Shown: positions 1 to 13,144 of the stretch, piece by piece
How the letters are laid out: every line of letters starts with the position of its first letter
Position numbering within the stretch: the first letter of the stretch is position 1
DNA from: the human T2T-CHM13v2.0 reference genome, Homo sapiens
Assembly: GCF_009914755.1 (NCBI RefSeq)
Contig: NC_060933.1
Length of the DNA stretch: 64,000 nucleotides
Direction: 5' to 3' (one strand)
Made by a program: the position numbers and the translations under genes
Notes under the pieces: model-generated
Told to the model about the DNA's origin: nothing
The model's database searches: none
Seen by the model: the letters and a program-made list of their open reading frames with translations, nothing else

Positions 1-1337
1 TGGTACCAGGATTTACAAGGTCTGAGTCTGGAAATACTATAATGGTTGATTGGCTTAAGAAAAAATAAAATGTTAGAACCAGGGAGAGCAGTGATTAGAA
101 GTGGCTGGCAACATTCCAGAGTTGCTTTTTAGTACCTTTTAAACTCCTTTGGCTACCAATTCTCATCTCATACCATTTTTAGGTTTATGCCAAATAAACC
201 ACGACAGTGGTATTACAATGTGTAGAAAAGATGCAAACAGCATACTACCCACATATACTCTAAATCACTGAAATCTTACAGGCTTTGCCTTGTTTGGGTA
301 CACTAAAATACATGATAGAATCTTCCTGAAGATAAGCACAAATTTTATAGCTTTCTTGGACCATATTATGGCATTTCTTACTTACAATGTTATTTTCTAT
401 AACCTTTCTGTCAATAAAAGTGGGTTTGTTAAGATGTAATGTATGTACAGTTTCATAGTTCAAATTTCCATTAAGAGAAAACTGAAGAGACAACAATCAA
501 ATGGGCAAATAAATGAATGTAAAAAACTAATGATTCAACTGTAATGAAAAAGAGTAGACATTTTTTGAAAATAAAATAATTGTTATTTTATTAATATAGT
601 TAATACATTAGTTTTATAAAGTAAAAAAAAAAAACTCCTCTAAAATTCTTATCATTAACCAGTGGCTCGTTAAAAAGAAAAAAAAAAAACCTCAGACTAT
701 TTTAATTGTCTTAGAGTTCTCATATTTGTACCTATCTAAGAAACAGTTTATCACAATGTAAATACTAAGGAAATGTTTAGGTGGTTTTGTACTTTTAATC
801 TCAAAATCTATAGAAAATTCTCTTTTTCCCAGAGATACCATTCTTAGCCACTTAAACAAAATATAAAATACTATTTAGCAATATTCCCTGCTGAATACTT
901 TTAAACAAGATAGGGCTAGGCTGATTTAAATTATAAGTTGAAGTCTAGGAAAAACAAAGTCTATATAATACAAAACGTTGGAATCAAGTAATATTACTTG
1001 TTTAAGCCAAATATATTCATATTTAAATAACAATTAAATAGCAAGAGATTAAATACCAACCATTCTTAATCACAGTTTAAGTCTGATAACAAAATCAAAA
1101 CTTTAATGCCATACAAAATACATCTCACAAACTAACCAATGCAAAGCTCTAAGCTTTAAACTTTTTGACAGTGTCAATAAAAACCCCAGGAAGGGAGAAT
1201 ATTGCAACTCTCCTTGGAACACAGGTATCTTAAATCATGGTTAAACAGACAGAATGTTAAGAATGGTATGGTTTTTATTTTCTATAGCAGGTTTATTGAT
1301 ACTTTTTTTCTAGTAAAGTTTGAAAATCTGACACTAC
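1..1337 (-). other. DENND1A: DENND1A intron downstream of the 50-nt exon (partial)
   Basis: Follows the GT donor at 1337-1336; no further DENND1A coding match before the window edge. Confidence 0.9.
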
Positions 1338-1387
1338 CTGTCCACATAGAAGGGGAAACAAAACTTGGTCAAAGTCTGTAGAACTTC
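1338..1387 (-). CDS. DENND1A: DENND1A coding exon (50 nt; exon 4 in usual numbering), uDENN region, EVLQTLTKFCFPFYVD(S)
   Basis: The reverse complement reads ctctctttctctccacag|GAAGTTCTACAGACTTTGACCAAGTTTTGTTTCCCCTTCTATGTGGACAG|gtagtg, with a strong polypyrimidine tract, AG and GT donor. The peptide matches the recalled DENND1A N-terminus and continues in frame (phase 0) from the 24411-24454 exon. Confidence 0.97.
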
Positions 1388-3690
1388 CTGTGGAGAGAAA
1401 GAGAGATAATTTATACATCTAATGGGACCAGTAAATCTAACATTAACCACAGCACACAATCTAGCAACTTTACCCTAAAGAAAGAGGAGACAGATGAAGA
1501 AATATGGGCTTTATCAATTACATGGGAGGAGTACCAGGCAGTCAATCATGAGAAATAATAAACATGATCAAACTTCATTAAAAATGAAAAATTAATCAAG
1601 AATCACACATGGGCAAGCAGCAGGAGCCATGCAGGAAAGCTCTGAAGGGAGGGAGGCGGTTGGGTTGCTGAGTGTTAACACCCCTCCAGGGAACATCTCC
1701 AGCCTGACCATATGGATCAGAGTGAATAACACCGAGCCACATGGGTTTGGCCTGGCAGGGCCGCTGTTGCTGGCACCGTTTTTGCCTGTTACCTAGGAAC
1801 AGAGGGGGCCAGGATTAGACAACGCTTCCCAACATCAATAGGCCAAATCACAGCAGAATCGAAAGCCAACTTGAAGATAATTGTCCCTGAACACTGTCAG
1901 CTACATTTTTTAGAGTTTAAAACTTCATTTACTTACTTTACAAAGAAGTTGCCATTTTGGGCATATATTTATTTTGGAACCAAACTGTAACAGTTTTAAG
2001 TATATACTATTCTTATTGAAATATCACCATATTTGAACATACTCACCTAATTTTAATGTATTAAAATCTAAAGCAAACTACCAGTTTAAATGTCTTTCTA
2101 AAAAAATACATATATAGGTACATAAAGCCAAGCACATTATTCAGGATTAGGGTACACAAAGTAAGGTGACATTTTAACAACTTATTCATAGAAGACAATC
2201 TTCTTACATTACCACAGAAAAAAACAGTACATGACACACAATAAACAGTGGTGTATAACTTTCCCTAAAAGACACATTTCATATATATAGCACATATACA
2301 CACAGCTAACCACATAGACAGGTAGTTAGTTATTATTTCCTTCACAGAATTTTCCTTAGCTTAACTTAATTTAACTTCAGACTTGGACAGCCCACGGTTG
2401 GTGCTTATCATAAGTTCATAGACCAATGTTATAAATTTTAAAAAAGTATTCCTTTCATGCACTTGATTTGCTTTTTAACTATTTAAAATCCCAACTTCAA
2501 GACAAAATGAAGAACACATTTTTCAGTCATTGAAAAGCTGGTTCAAATTAAAACAAACCTGCCCATTGCAAACCCTAATCCAAGTGATAAATTAAAGATC
2601 AGCTTACAAATGTAGCACTTTTCTAACCAATAATAATGAATTATCAATGCTAACTGAATTGATGCTTCTCGCTTCATTTATTTTTAAAACCAGTTCTATC
2701 ATTCAAGAAATAAACCACATCAATCTAATAACCCACTCAATGAAGCAGAAAGCACATTGACTTGCTCTGCCAGAGCATGTTCCGCCTACATAATTCAATT
2801 GAGCATATCCTATTTTTTAATATCATCTTGGACTGGTACTATGTATATCACAGCACTGCTAAGAAATGTCATGAAATAATGTAATTAATGAATAGGAAAC
2901 TAAGAAGTGAAAAAGAGTGGATGAGAACACCTCAGCATATCCTAAGAAACATTACTTATATATTAGTTAACTTTATAATGTGGCATTCAGGCATATATAT
3001 TGTTTATAAACTAATCATGCTTAGATAAACTGCAATAGGTAATACAGAATCAGAACAAAGGCAATTTTTCAGTGCATAATGTTATTATCAGGCAAAGATA
3101 GGAAAACAGATCACATAAAACATTTAATGCCTGCTGTGCTAATTATAAAGTATACTACAATTCACATACACAAAACCCTTATGATTTACACACACACAAA
3201 TTCCTTACAAATTTCCTTCCACTTCAAGTTTTGAATAGTAACAGAAAGCATCTCTTAACTTCAGTATATGAAACAGCCATTCTTTAAAACTCAGTATTCA
3301 GTGCTCACTCATTGCCAATATCAGCTACAAAGAAAGCTATCTTTTACCCCTCAAAAGTTATAGGTGCAGAAAGCACTTCTCTACTCTATGCTGGAGTTGT
3401 ACTGGCAAAAGGCCTCAAAGATTTTTGAAAGAAAGGACCCCCTTGGCTACGAGAAGGCATTGTGCTTTACAGCAGAGTCAAAGGAATCTAATATGCCCAA
3501 CTTATTACTCACTACAATATAGAAACTTCTTACCACTCTCTAATGTCAAGAGTAATAACCAACCTTGAACTTGTCTGTCAGATAATATTAGAACAAATAT
3601 CAAAATACCCAATGTAGGCTGAGTGTAACCACCCACCAGCTTTCCTTTTTATCTAAGCAAACAGCAGTAAATCTAATTAAGCAATAGGAT

Positions 3691-3713
3691 GGGGGGAGGG
3701 GAGGGGGAAAGGG
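3691..3713 (+). other. G-quadruplex-forming motif G6-A-G4-A-G5-AAA-G3
   Basis: ggggggaggggagggggaaaggg: four G-runs of at least 3 with loops of 1-3 nt. Confidence 0.6.
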
Positions 3714-6700
3714 AATATAGGCAATGTAGGCACATGTTGGTACATTACAATATGTTCCTTCATGTTTGTGATATTACAAGAGCTTGATATTCCAATTTAA
3801 GTCAAACAAGATGGTGGTGTGCTGTCAGAAGAAAAAACAAAAATGAGCATCTACTCTGTGTTCTGCATATTCACATATTATCGCAATTGGAACTGAGGTA
3901 TCTACTTCTTAATTTGAGAAGGGGAGGACAGGAAGAGGGAGGGAAAAACAAGCAATGTTCTCTGTAAATAAAAACTGCAATAAACCAATTTAATAAATCA
4001 ATTAAATAAACCCATTTTCTTAATACTGATGTTTTCCTTACACATAAACATTCATGTCTTATCATCTTTTCCCAAAGAAAAATAAAATTATTCGAATATG
4101 AAAAGTACCACTCTCCAAGAGTGGGGGCTTTAAAATCCTGATTTAAATATATTTTGAGTACCACATTCATGGCAGTGTCCCACAGTCTTTCAATATTAAC
4201 TTTATTGGGACAACAGTCATTAACCAGTTACCAACCCCTTTTTCTCTCTAGAACTTGTGTCTTTGGCTAGGGCACTTTCTTTGTAGAAGGTAATTTTCTT
4301 GTTCTCTTTCCCGTTTCTCTTGCCTACACAAGCTCTTTTAGACAACCAGCCTCGGTGCAACTTCAACTACTGCCACATAAATCGGATCTTGGGGATGCTG
4401 CACAGCTGATGAAATGTAAATGACCTCATTGCTAAGGCAGGGGGTGGGGAGGACTGTGTGCCAGCTCTCCAGATCAATTCCCAAGTTTATATTTTCACAA
4501 ATCTTTTTATGTACAGTTTGATTTTTTAACATTTTAATGAGCAAAAAAGTGAATCTATAGTAGCCAGTCACCACAGTTAAAGTGCAGGGCATGAACTAGA
4601 TCCCAGGAGGAAACCAGTCCACCATGTCACCACTGGCTTTAGGACATTCGCCACCTGGTTCCATGTCCCCTGGTTCCAACTCTTTTCATAATCAAAACAC
4701 TGCTGACATTATAAACCCCAGACGGGTTTTCTAAAATCCCTCCCAATCAATATATCCAACACATAACTTATTGGAGACAACACTGAGCTCATTGATTAAG
4801 GTGAGTTCAGTAGCAAAGTTTTCAAAATAAATGAGACAAGAATACAGCATTCAACCCCTTTGTGTCACCAGACAATTTATGAAATAGGCAATTTCCAAAA
4901 GGGTTTTTCTTCCTAACAAAATATATGATACTTCATGTAGGAAGAAATAAGAGCAGAGGGGGCAGGGAGGAAGTGTGTTAGAGAGGCAGTTGCACAAATC
5001 TTTCAGTTATGCATACATGAAGCAGCAGATTGCATAGTGTAATAGAAAAGTAACATCTACAAAGCTCTGCCCACAAGAGACACCAAGCCTCAGAGTATGA
5101 ACCAAAATATGAAATTAACACACCTAACGCTGGATACACTTGCAAATGAAATTCAGAAATGAACTCAAGATTCATTTCAGTCTACTTTGGATTCACTTCA
5201 TCCAATTCTAATTCTCATCCGGTCAGAAGGCCCGAATTTACTCCAATCTGGAGAAATTAGATTACATTCTGTTGATACTGAGCCTAAGAACCCAGTAAAG
5301 TTTTAAATGTATAATATTATCCATTATAGAATCCTATCTGGAAGCAAAATCTCGAAGACCAAATTCAATGAAGTTAACTGGGATTATTAATGAGAAGGCT
5401 AGACTAATTCACCCTGACCTTGGGGTGCTAGGTAGGGGGCTATAGGAAATCCTGCAACGACCAACATTCCAGATGTCAAATACTTTGTTTTCATTGCTTC
5501 ATTGAAACTTATAAACAAAAATTAGCTTTATTTGGCAGATGAAAACAACTGACAGTCAGACACAGACATACACACCCCATAAATAAATGCCATCTGAAAG
5601 ATAAAAGTGCAGAGTGATTATAGTGTCCACTGGAGTTACAGAATGCAGGGAGATGAGGCATATTTGCAATAGTTCAAAGGGAAAAACATGGTGCAGGAAA
5701 ACATTTAAATAAAGAGAAGAGATAGCTTGAATAAATGAATGTATTTTAAAATATGTAAAGCCACAATTAGCCTCTTTGTGGCTTGCTGAAAGCCGATATA
5801 GCAGTTGATAATTTACCTTTGTCCAAAAACGACAGTGAAAGAGGAAGGGGAAGGGAAACCATGGGAGAACATTTCCTGGGTTTCTTATATCTAATTTATT
5901 TGTTCATTTCAAAATGTAGGTGTGTGATGAAAAGATCAGTGGAGCTCAAATTCCTAAAATACTCCCTATGTTTAATTTTTTTTAATACCATAAGGGAAAT
6001 GCTGACCCTCTAAGTCCTGCAATTGCAAGCAGTGCCACTGACTTGAAAGAAAAGCCTGATTGACGATCTTAAAACTCAAGTTGAAAGTTAAAAACAGAAC
6101 ACACACAAAATCCAAACATACAAAAAAGCTAACAAAATTTCTACCTTAAGCCATTTCAAGTTAAAACCAGGGGCTTCCAGTGAAAGCTCACAAAGGTTTT
6201 AAATGCTTATGATTAAGAAGGGTAAAGCAGTTGTTCCTGGAAGCTTAATTAGCACCAAGTTCAAGAATGTTGATCAGAAGTTTCCTAAATGTGAACACAG
6301 GAAATAAAATTTTTCTCCTTCACTATAAGTGTCAAATTAAATCTAAGATCCATAGTATAATTACAACCAAATTTTTATTTTTTTTCAGTGGGAAAAAGAA
6401 GCCTGGAATAAGGGGTTTTACAGAAAGGCCTTTCAACACCCAAACATAAAAGCCGGGTCAAATTTCTAACATGCTGCTCAAATGCTACAGAGTCTGCTTC
6501 CTTTCTTTGGTACATTTCAATATTTACCCCTAGTTTACTTTTTATAAACTTCAGTTAATTGAGTCATATACATGTTATAATTATGCAATTTTATATGTAA
6601 TACCTAATATGCAGTATTAATGTTGTAATTCAAAGATAAATATAATAAATTCATCATACTCTATAAACATGTTTCATATAAACTGTGTATCTAAATTATC

Positions 6701-9700
6701 AAGGACATTAAGTGCAGAAGAAGAAGGCTTTCAACAGTGAAAGAGACCCCTCTGAAACCACTTTATACACCTTCATGACCTTTGAAGTCTGAAGCAAAAA
6801 TACTCCATCTTATTTTTAAAACTTTTTAACAAAATTAACTTTATCCTTTTGCATCCTCCTCTTTCTCAAACTTAGCTAAAACAAAGTTGTTCCATAATCA
6901 TGATATTATATAACATCCTCTATTCCAAGATTCCTTTTATTAATTTTAAATCTTACACAAAGTGGTTGAAAATGAGAGCTATATTTATAAGGTCAGCATG
7001 AAATGCCAATAAAATTCTTCACACATGCTTCAAATACTGTACTTCCAAGATGAACAAATGATTTGGTTATGATCTCTTACAATTAGCATTCAGTGGCTAA
7101 TCAGAATTCAGTGGTAATTCCTTGGACTTAATATGATTACTCTAAAATAGTTTCTCTTGCTCATTTCCTTAAGCATTTAAATTCCTGTTATCTGCACATT
7201 TATGTTATCAATATTTCTGAAAGGAAGGGGGGAGGAGGGGACACAAGTCAGAACATACCAAAGGAATAGGGGTCCCAACAGTAAAACTGCAAACATGATT
7301 TCATTGAAGAGGCAACTTGCCCTTAGGAAGATACTATTTTAAAAGAAAAGGGGAAAAAAAAAAGAGCACTGATAGAAATACTATTTTGTAAGCATATTAA
7401 AAGCTGTCAGCTTTTAAATATTTTAAATGCACACAAAAATGTGCACAGATGGGCAACTTTTCTGCTCACATTAGTCTAGAGAAAAATCTTTCATTATCAA
7501 GCTCAAAGTCCTTGAATTTTTTAAACTTAATTGTGCCTCTATTTCTTAGAATTCACACCCCAAGGCCAAAGCTTTCCTGCCACCAGTCCTTCAAATCTGA
7601 CTTGGACATTACACGGGAGGAGGCTCCAAGCCTCCCTGAGGTCTCACTCCTTTTACAACACACGAAAAAGCAGTCGATAATGGGCCCATGCTGAATTCGC
7701 TGCTCTCCACGTCTCCTCTTGGGACACAAGCCTAGCAGATGTGATAAAAACTGTGTCAGAGAAGTGGCTCTAGTTTGTGCCTTAATGACAACTTAAACCT
7801 CTAAACCAATACAACCAAAGGACTAACAGAACTGGCTGTTACCTCTCTCTCCTGCCAATCTTCAAATATCTCTGAACTAAATTAGCACCTCTACCCACAA
7901 CTTCCCCTGCCACCCCACAAAATCCATTCTAATTGTAAAAGATAAATGAATTCAGCAAACACCCGTCGGTGGCATAAGTGTCTGGGCGCTGTGTATGTGT
8001 GTCCTATAATTAAGCCCTAACACATACTTCATGTAGTTTATATTTTCTCAAGGTATGATTGAGCATTCAGATATCTTAAAGGACTGCCTGGTAAATTCCC
8101 TCTGATCACCACCCCAGTAACCGTATTAACGCATACAACTGGTAGAGTTACAGTTTCCAAAAAGTACCTAAAGGTCTAAAAATTATTTTTAAATATGTTC
8201 AAACATAGGGAAGAAAAGTGATATACTGAGTTATTGAAACATTCTAATTATTAAAATTTATACAGGATAATTTTTTAAATCATGGGTGGCTATACTTTTA
8301 ACTTGTAAGAATGCTTTGTCTTACCTAATGATATGGTACCAAAAAATAGATTCAAATGTGTACTTCTGATAACATTTTCTAAATTCTATAATTCAGCCTT
8401 CAGATGATAGGTCTTTTTACTCAGAATCTTGAAAGCCTATTCAGTCACAATTGCATACCCACTTAATCAGCAATCATTGTTCTGGGATGCAGGACTCTGT
8501 TGTCAAGACAAGCACCAAAACCTTAAAAAAATTTTTTTTCAGAACTGGCATAAGAAAAAAGTGATCTTTGTCAGACAAGGACAAATTTATGCAAATCTTT
8601 TATAAACATTCACAAACATTTATTTAGCTTTTGAAATGTTGGCCTCATTTGAGAGCATGAAAATGAGGGGGAAGTAGGAAAACGCAAAGGACAGCTTAGA
8701 AGCTGGCACGCTACATAAATATTCAGAAGGAAGATTATAGGATTCATGTTAGGCTGTCTTAGGCTTCTCCAAAGTCCACACAGAATAGCAAAGAACAAAA
8801 CTAACGAGAAGTACAGCAGATGTTAGACAATGCATCAGCCTCTTTTCCTCTCTCACTTGGCTATACTTGGACGCTTTTATATTTTCTTTCAATATGGTTA
8901 GGTCATTCAAGGATTCTCCTATAGACTCTGTATTGTGGCTACAGATCTATAAGCTGAAGGTCTGTCAGCTTTCCAAAAGTTTCCAATGAAAAGGCATTAT
9001 GCAAATTCTACCTCTCTTACCCTCTTTCAGGGGGGAAAAAGGCCTCCAGTATGCAGTCATTGGAGTATTGGAAGCCCCAGCCTTCATTTCTGTATAGCTG
9101 TGTTTGCCTCAGGGCCACGCTGCTTGTTTTGACAGTGGATCCCCCTAGATAGTTGGGATTAGTCGAGCTTGTTTAGATAAACTTGAAATCAAGGCCTTCT
9201 CTAGGTAGACAGCTAGATGTAGCTACCGAGTTTCCAGCTGCCTCTTCCTTTCATCCCAAAACAACTGCAGCTTCACAGTAGCTATCACAGCCACAGGCTA
9301 TGTCACATACATAAGTACAAAATTAAAGGCTGCTAAAAGAAGCTTTTGTAAGTCTTAGTGCTAAAATAAGGAATCTGTACTGCTTGGTTTATACAAATTA
9401 TTCTAGCACTACCAATATGGAACTGAAATCATCAGTTAACAAGGCATATTAATCAAGGTTCCTGGTTTCTTCTGATAGACAGGATCATAGTTTGGTAATA
9501 TACCTAACCTTCTGCTTATTAGCTCTTGTATGAGAATAATAGCCTAAAATGTTGAAAAGGAAATAATAGGCTTTATTTATCCAGTGGCAGGGAATGTTAG
9601 CCACCGTCAACAAACACTGTGAGCAGAATATGAAAATCAAAATGTAAATATCAAATCTGCTTTTGAGAGAGAATTATTTAGCAATTGATTAGAACGTCTC

Positions 9701-10376
9701 ACTAAACAGTCATCTGTTTAGTGTTACAGAACTGTTTCAAATCAACTTTTATTTCCTACAACTTGCAGATTCTGATAGAAAGAATAGGAAGATATAAGGA
9801 GGATAAGGAGGATTCAGAACTGAAAAAAATTATGCTCAGAACAGATTGATGACATTTCATTACAAAGACAGAAGGAGGTGATATGAAACACTACTGAAAT
9901 AAAGAAATTATATAATTCAAAAAGTTTTCTAACATCTAACACTCAAGGGTTTTAATTTTTTGCAAGTAGAAAAAAAAGTCCCTTCAGAAGTCCAGCAAAA
10001 TACAATAAAATAATACAATCTCACATACATATTTCATTTTACTTTGCATATCTTGCTGCAACAGATTCTAGTGTTTACCTGAGGCTGCCTCGGACAAATT
10101 AAACACAACAGTGGTACCAGAGTACATTCAGACACTTTACAGAACTATTCTGAAACATCATACAGTACAGAAGTTCTTTTACCATCTGACTGTACTGTCA
10201 AATCATACAAGGCAGTCTTTCGATCAAGTCTTCATTTCACCACCAAAAATGTGTTCTCCTGATTCAACAGGTAAGTCACTCTTTCAAAGTGTTAAGACAT
10301 TCTGGAATTGAAGTCATCAGTTTGAGCTTATCCTATGAAATTTTGGATTCCTTTCATGTGTAACTTATAACCTAAG

Positions 10377-10584
10377 GAAGGAGCCGGCAAACTTTTCTCA
10401 AAAGGGCCAGATTGTAAATATTTTAGGCTTTGCGGGCCACTTATGGTCTCTGTCACATGTTCTTGTTTGTTTTTTTAACAATCCTTAACAAGGGTAAAAA
10501 ACCTTCTTACCTCATAGGCCATACAAAATCCAGCCCCGGGCAGGATGTGACCAGCTGGCTTCAGGCTATAGTCTGCCAAACCCG
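10377..10584. mobile_element. MER58-family hAT-Charlie MITE
   Basis: ggcaaacttttctcaaaagggccagattgtaaatattttaggctttgcgggcca matches the recalled MER58 end; the other end, tagtctgccaaaccc, is a degenerate inverted terminus. Confidence 0.75.
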
Positions 10585-11344
10585 ATCTAGAGTGTTAAGG
10601 AGCCTGGCCACACCGCATAACCCAAACAAACTCACCAACACCCAAAAACCCAAATTCAGAAATCCTAAAAGGTAAAATGCCAATGCCAGTCATGTTGGTT
10701 CTCTGGTAATTCAACGATTCAAATGTGATTGTTGCCAAATGACCAAATGCCTACCGCATACAAATATGCTATTTTTAAAAAAATGTTTAAAGTATAAATA
10801 ATTAAAAATAAAACATGTTTCCACCATCCAAAACTCACAACTGTTTTGTGGCATGGACTCTTCATAGAGACAATTCTTAGATCAATATAGTTCATTTCTA
10901 TAGGTAAGGTCCATGGGTTTTCTTGACAGATAAATGAATTCATGCTCTATGGATAATGGAGAGCTCTTCAATTTGGGGTTTGTTTGGCTTAGAATATTTT
11001 TAAAGCAATATTGAAAGAGCAGAAAGCCTTTTCTGGTGCTCTACTCCCCACTCACTCAAAACACATTGCTTGTCCAATGACGTTCCATTAGATGAAGACT
11101 ACAGAAGGGCCTCCTCCTGCCTCTCTCACTGCTCTATTTCTGGGCCCCTTCTCAACTCCTTTCCAGGACTTTATCTTTCTCCTTCTCTCTCTGCGTCCTC
11201 CTCTATTAGCAGTTTACCTATACCTTAGTTTCAATTAACAGCACAAGGTAAATGACTCTCAAATTCAAGTGTTCACTTCTGAACTACCTCTCCAGCTCCG
11301 GGTTCCTATTCTTTTTTGTTCTGTTTTGTAAAATACAAAACAAA

Positions 11345-11578
11345 ACAGGGTCTCACTGTGTTGCCCATGCTGGAGGGAAGTGGTGCAATCTTGGCTCACT
11401 GCAATCTCTGCCTCCTGGGCTCAAGCAGTCCTCTCACCTCAGCCTCCTGAGTACCTGAGACCATAGGCGCGGACTACCACGCTTGGCTAATTTTTGTATT
11501 TTTGGTAGAGGTGGGGTTTTGCCATGTTGCTCAGGCTGACCTAGAACTCCTGAACTCAAGCGATTCACCCACTTCTGC
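11345..11578 (-). mobile_element. Alu (AluJ-like, 5'-truncated)
   Basis: Antisense Alu text agggtctcactgtgttgccc...ctcaagcgattcaccc; diverged. Confidence 0.9.
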
Positions 11579-11668
11579 TCCTTGGCACATTCAAGGAACT
11601 GAAAAGCAGCCTGGTATTCTGGAACAGAGGAGACTAGACAGGGTGGCAGGGGCCAGATCATGGATTAG

Positions 11669-11977
<309 letters not shown>

Positions 11978-13024
11978 TTGCACAAGACTTTCTAACCCTC
12001 CGTCCACCCCACATGTTCCGGACCCCAGGAGGACTTAGAGGCTATTCTCAGTGAGCTTCTCGCCTCTCCCAAGTTGACACCCCAGAATCCTGTCCTGTGT
12101 CTATAATTCCTATCATCAAATTGACCATTATCTCTAGAATGAGTTAAGAATGATGGGGGTTACACTCATTACCAGTGTTCCCCAGAGTATCTGGCACAGA
12201 GGAAACATCCAGTGAATGATGGTGCTGAAAAAAATGATTGGATGATAGATCGGATTAAGAAGGGAAGAAATAGCATTGACTGAGCACTTACTATTGCCAT
12301 GCACTGTGCTAAAGTCTACATGCCTCCTTGTTTAATCCTCATAGGAAGCAGTGAGACCACATGGGCCAAAGCACAGACTTGAATTGATCAGAGAATCAAA
12401 CTTTAAATATTTATTCTTGACATTGAAAATGAAAGGAATGGGGAAGACTATTAAAGTTTGTATAAATGTAATATCACATTTTTGTCAAAGGTTTACCATT
12501 TTTGCCTAATAACATGAATTATATATATAAAGTATCTAAATTGACCTATAGGAGTTTCTTCTGATTGTGGAACTAACCTATTTAGACTTTATTTGGTTCC
12601 TCATCTACCAATGGTTATCTTTTCTTGGGGCGGCTGTGGGTGAGGGGGTTAAGTAACAAGTGGAAAGGGACTGATAAAGCAACTACTATGTGTCAGGTCT
12701 TGCTAGAAGTGTTACATACCCAGTGATCCTACCACTAATTTTATGCAGATATTATCCTCCTATCGATGGAATGCACCTTGAAAACTAAGTTAAATTAGTT
12801 TCAGGTAGACTGGTGAAGTAACTTGCCTACCTCTCTACTAAAGGATGGAGATTGAGAATCTTGATTAGCATTCTGTCTCCAGGGTCACAGGCATTCACAC
12901 AGCTAAGATTTTGTGCAGTACTAGCCCTCCATGTTGAATGCAGATAAAGCCTTTCTCCAACCTCACTTCCAACTTGCAGGAATAGAGTGAAATGTTTGTG
13001 CTGTTCTGTTGAAGGGCCTTAGGG

Positions 13025-13144
13025 TAGGGTAACCTCACCTGCCAGTTTGCCCAGGACATCCCAGTTATGCCCACGATTTCTGTGTAGTCACAGTGCTCCC
13101 TTTCAGTCTCAAAAGTATCCTGGATTGGATGCTATGGCCACCAG
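13025..13144. mobile_element. MER94-like hAT-Blackjack MITE
   Basis: tagggtaacc...cagtttgcccaggacatcccag...ccctttcagtctcaaaagtatcctgg...tatggccacc resembles the recalled MER94 consensus. Confidence 0.7.

Noticed and set aside
5415-5423. NR5A1/SF-1 consensus CCAAGGTCA (also near 48239, 48899 and 59257)
   Set aside because: A few such 9-mers are expected by chance in 64 kb, and one lies in a MIR core. There is no clustering.
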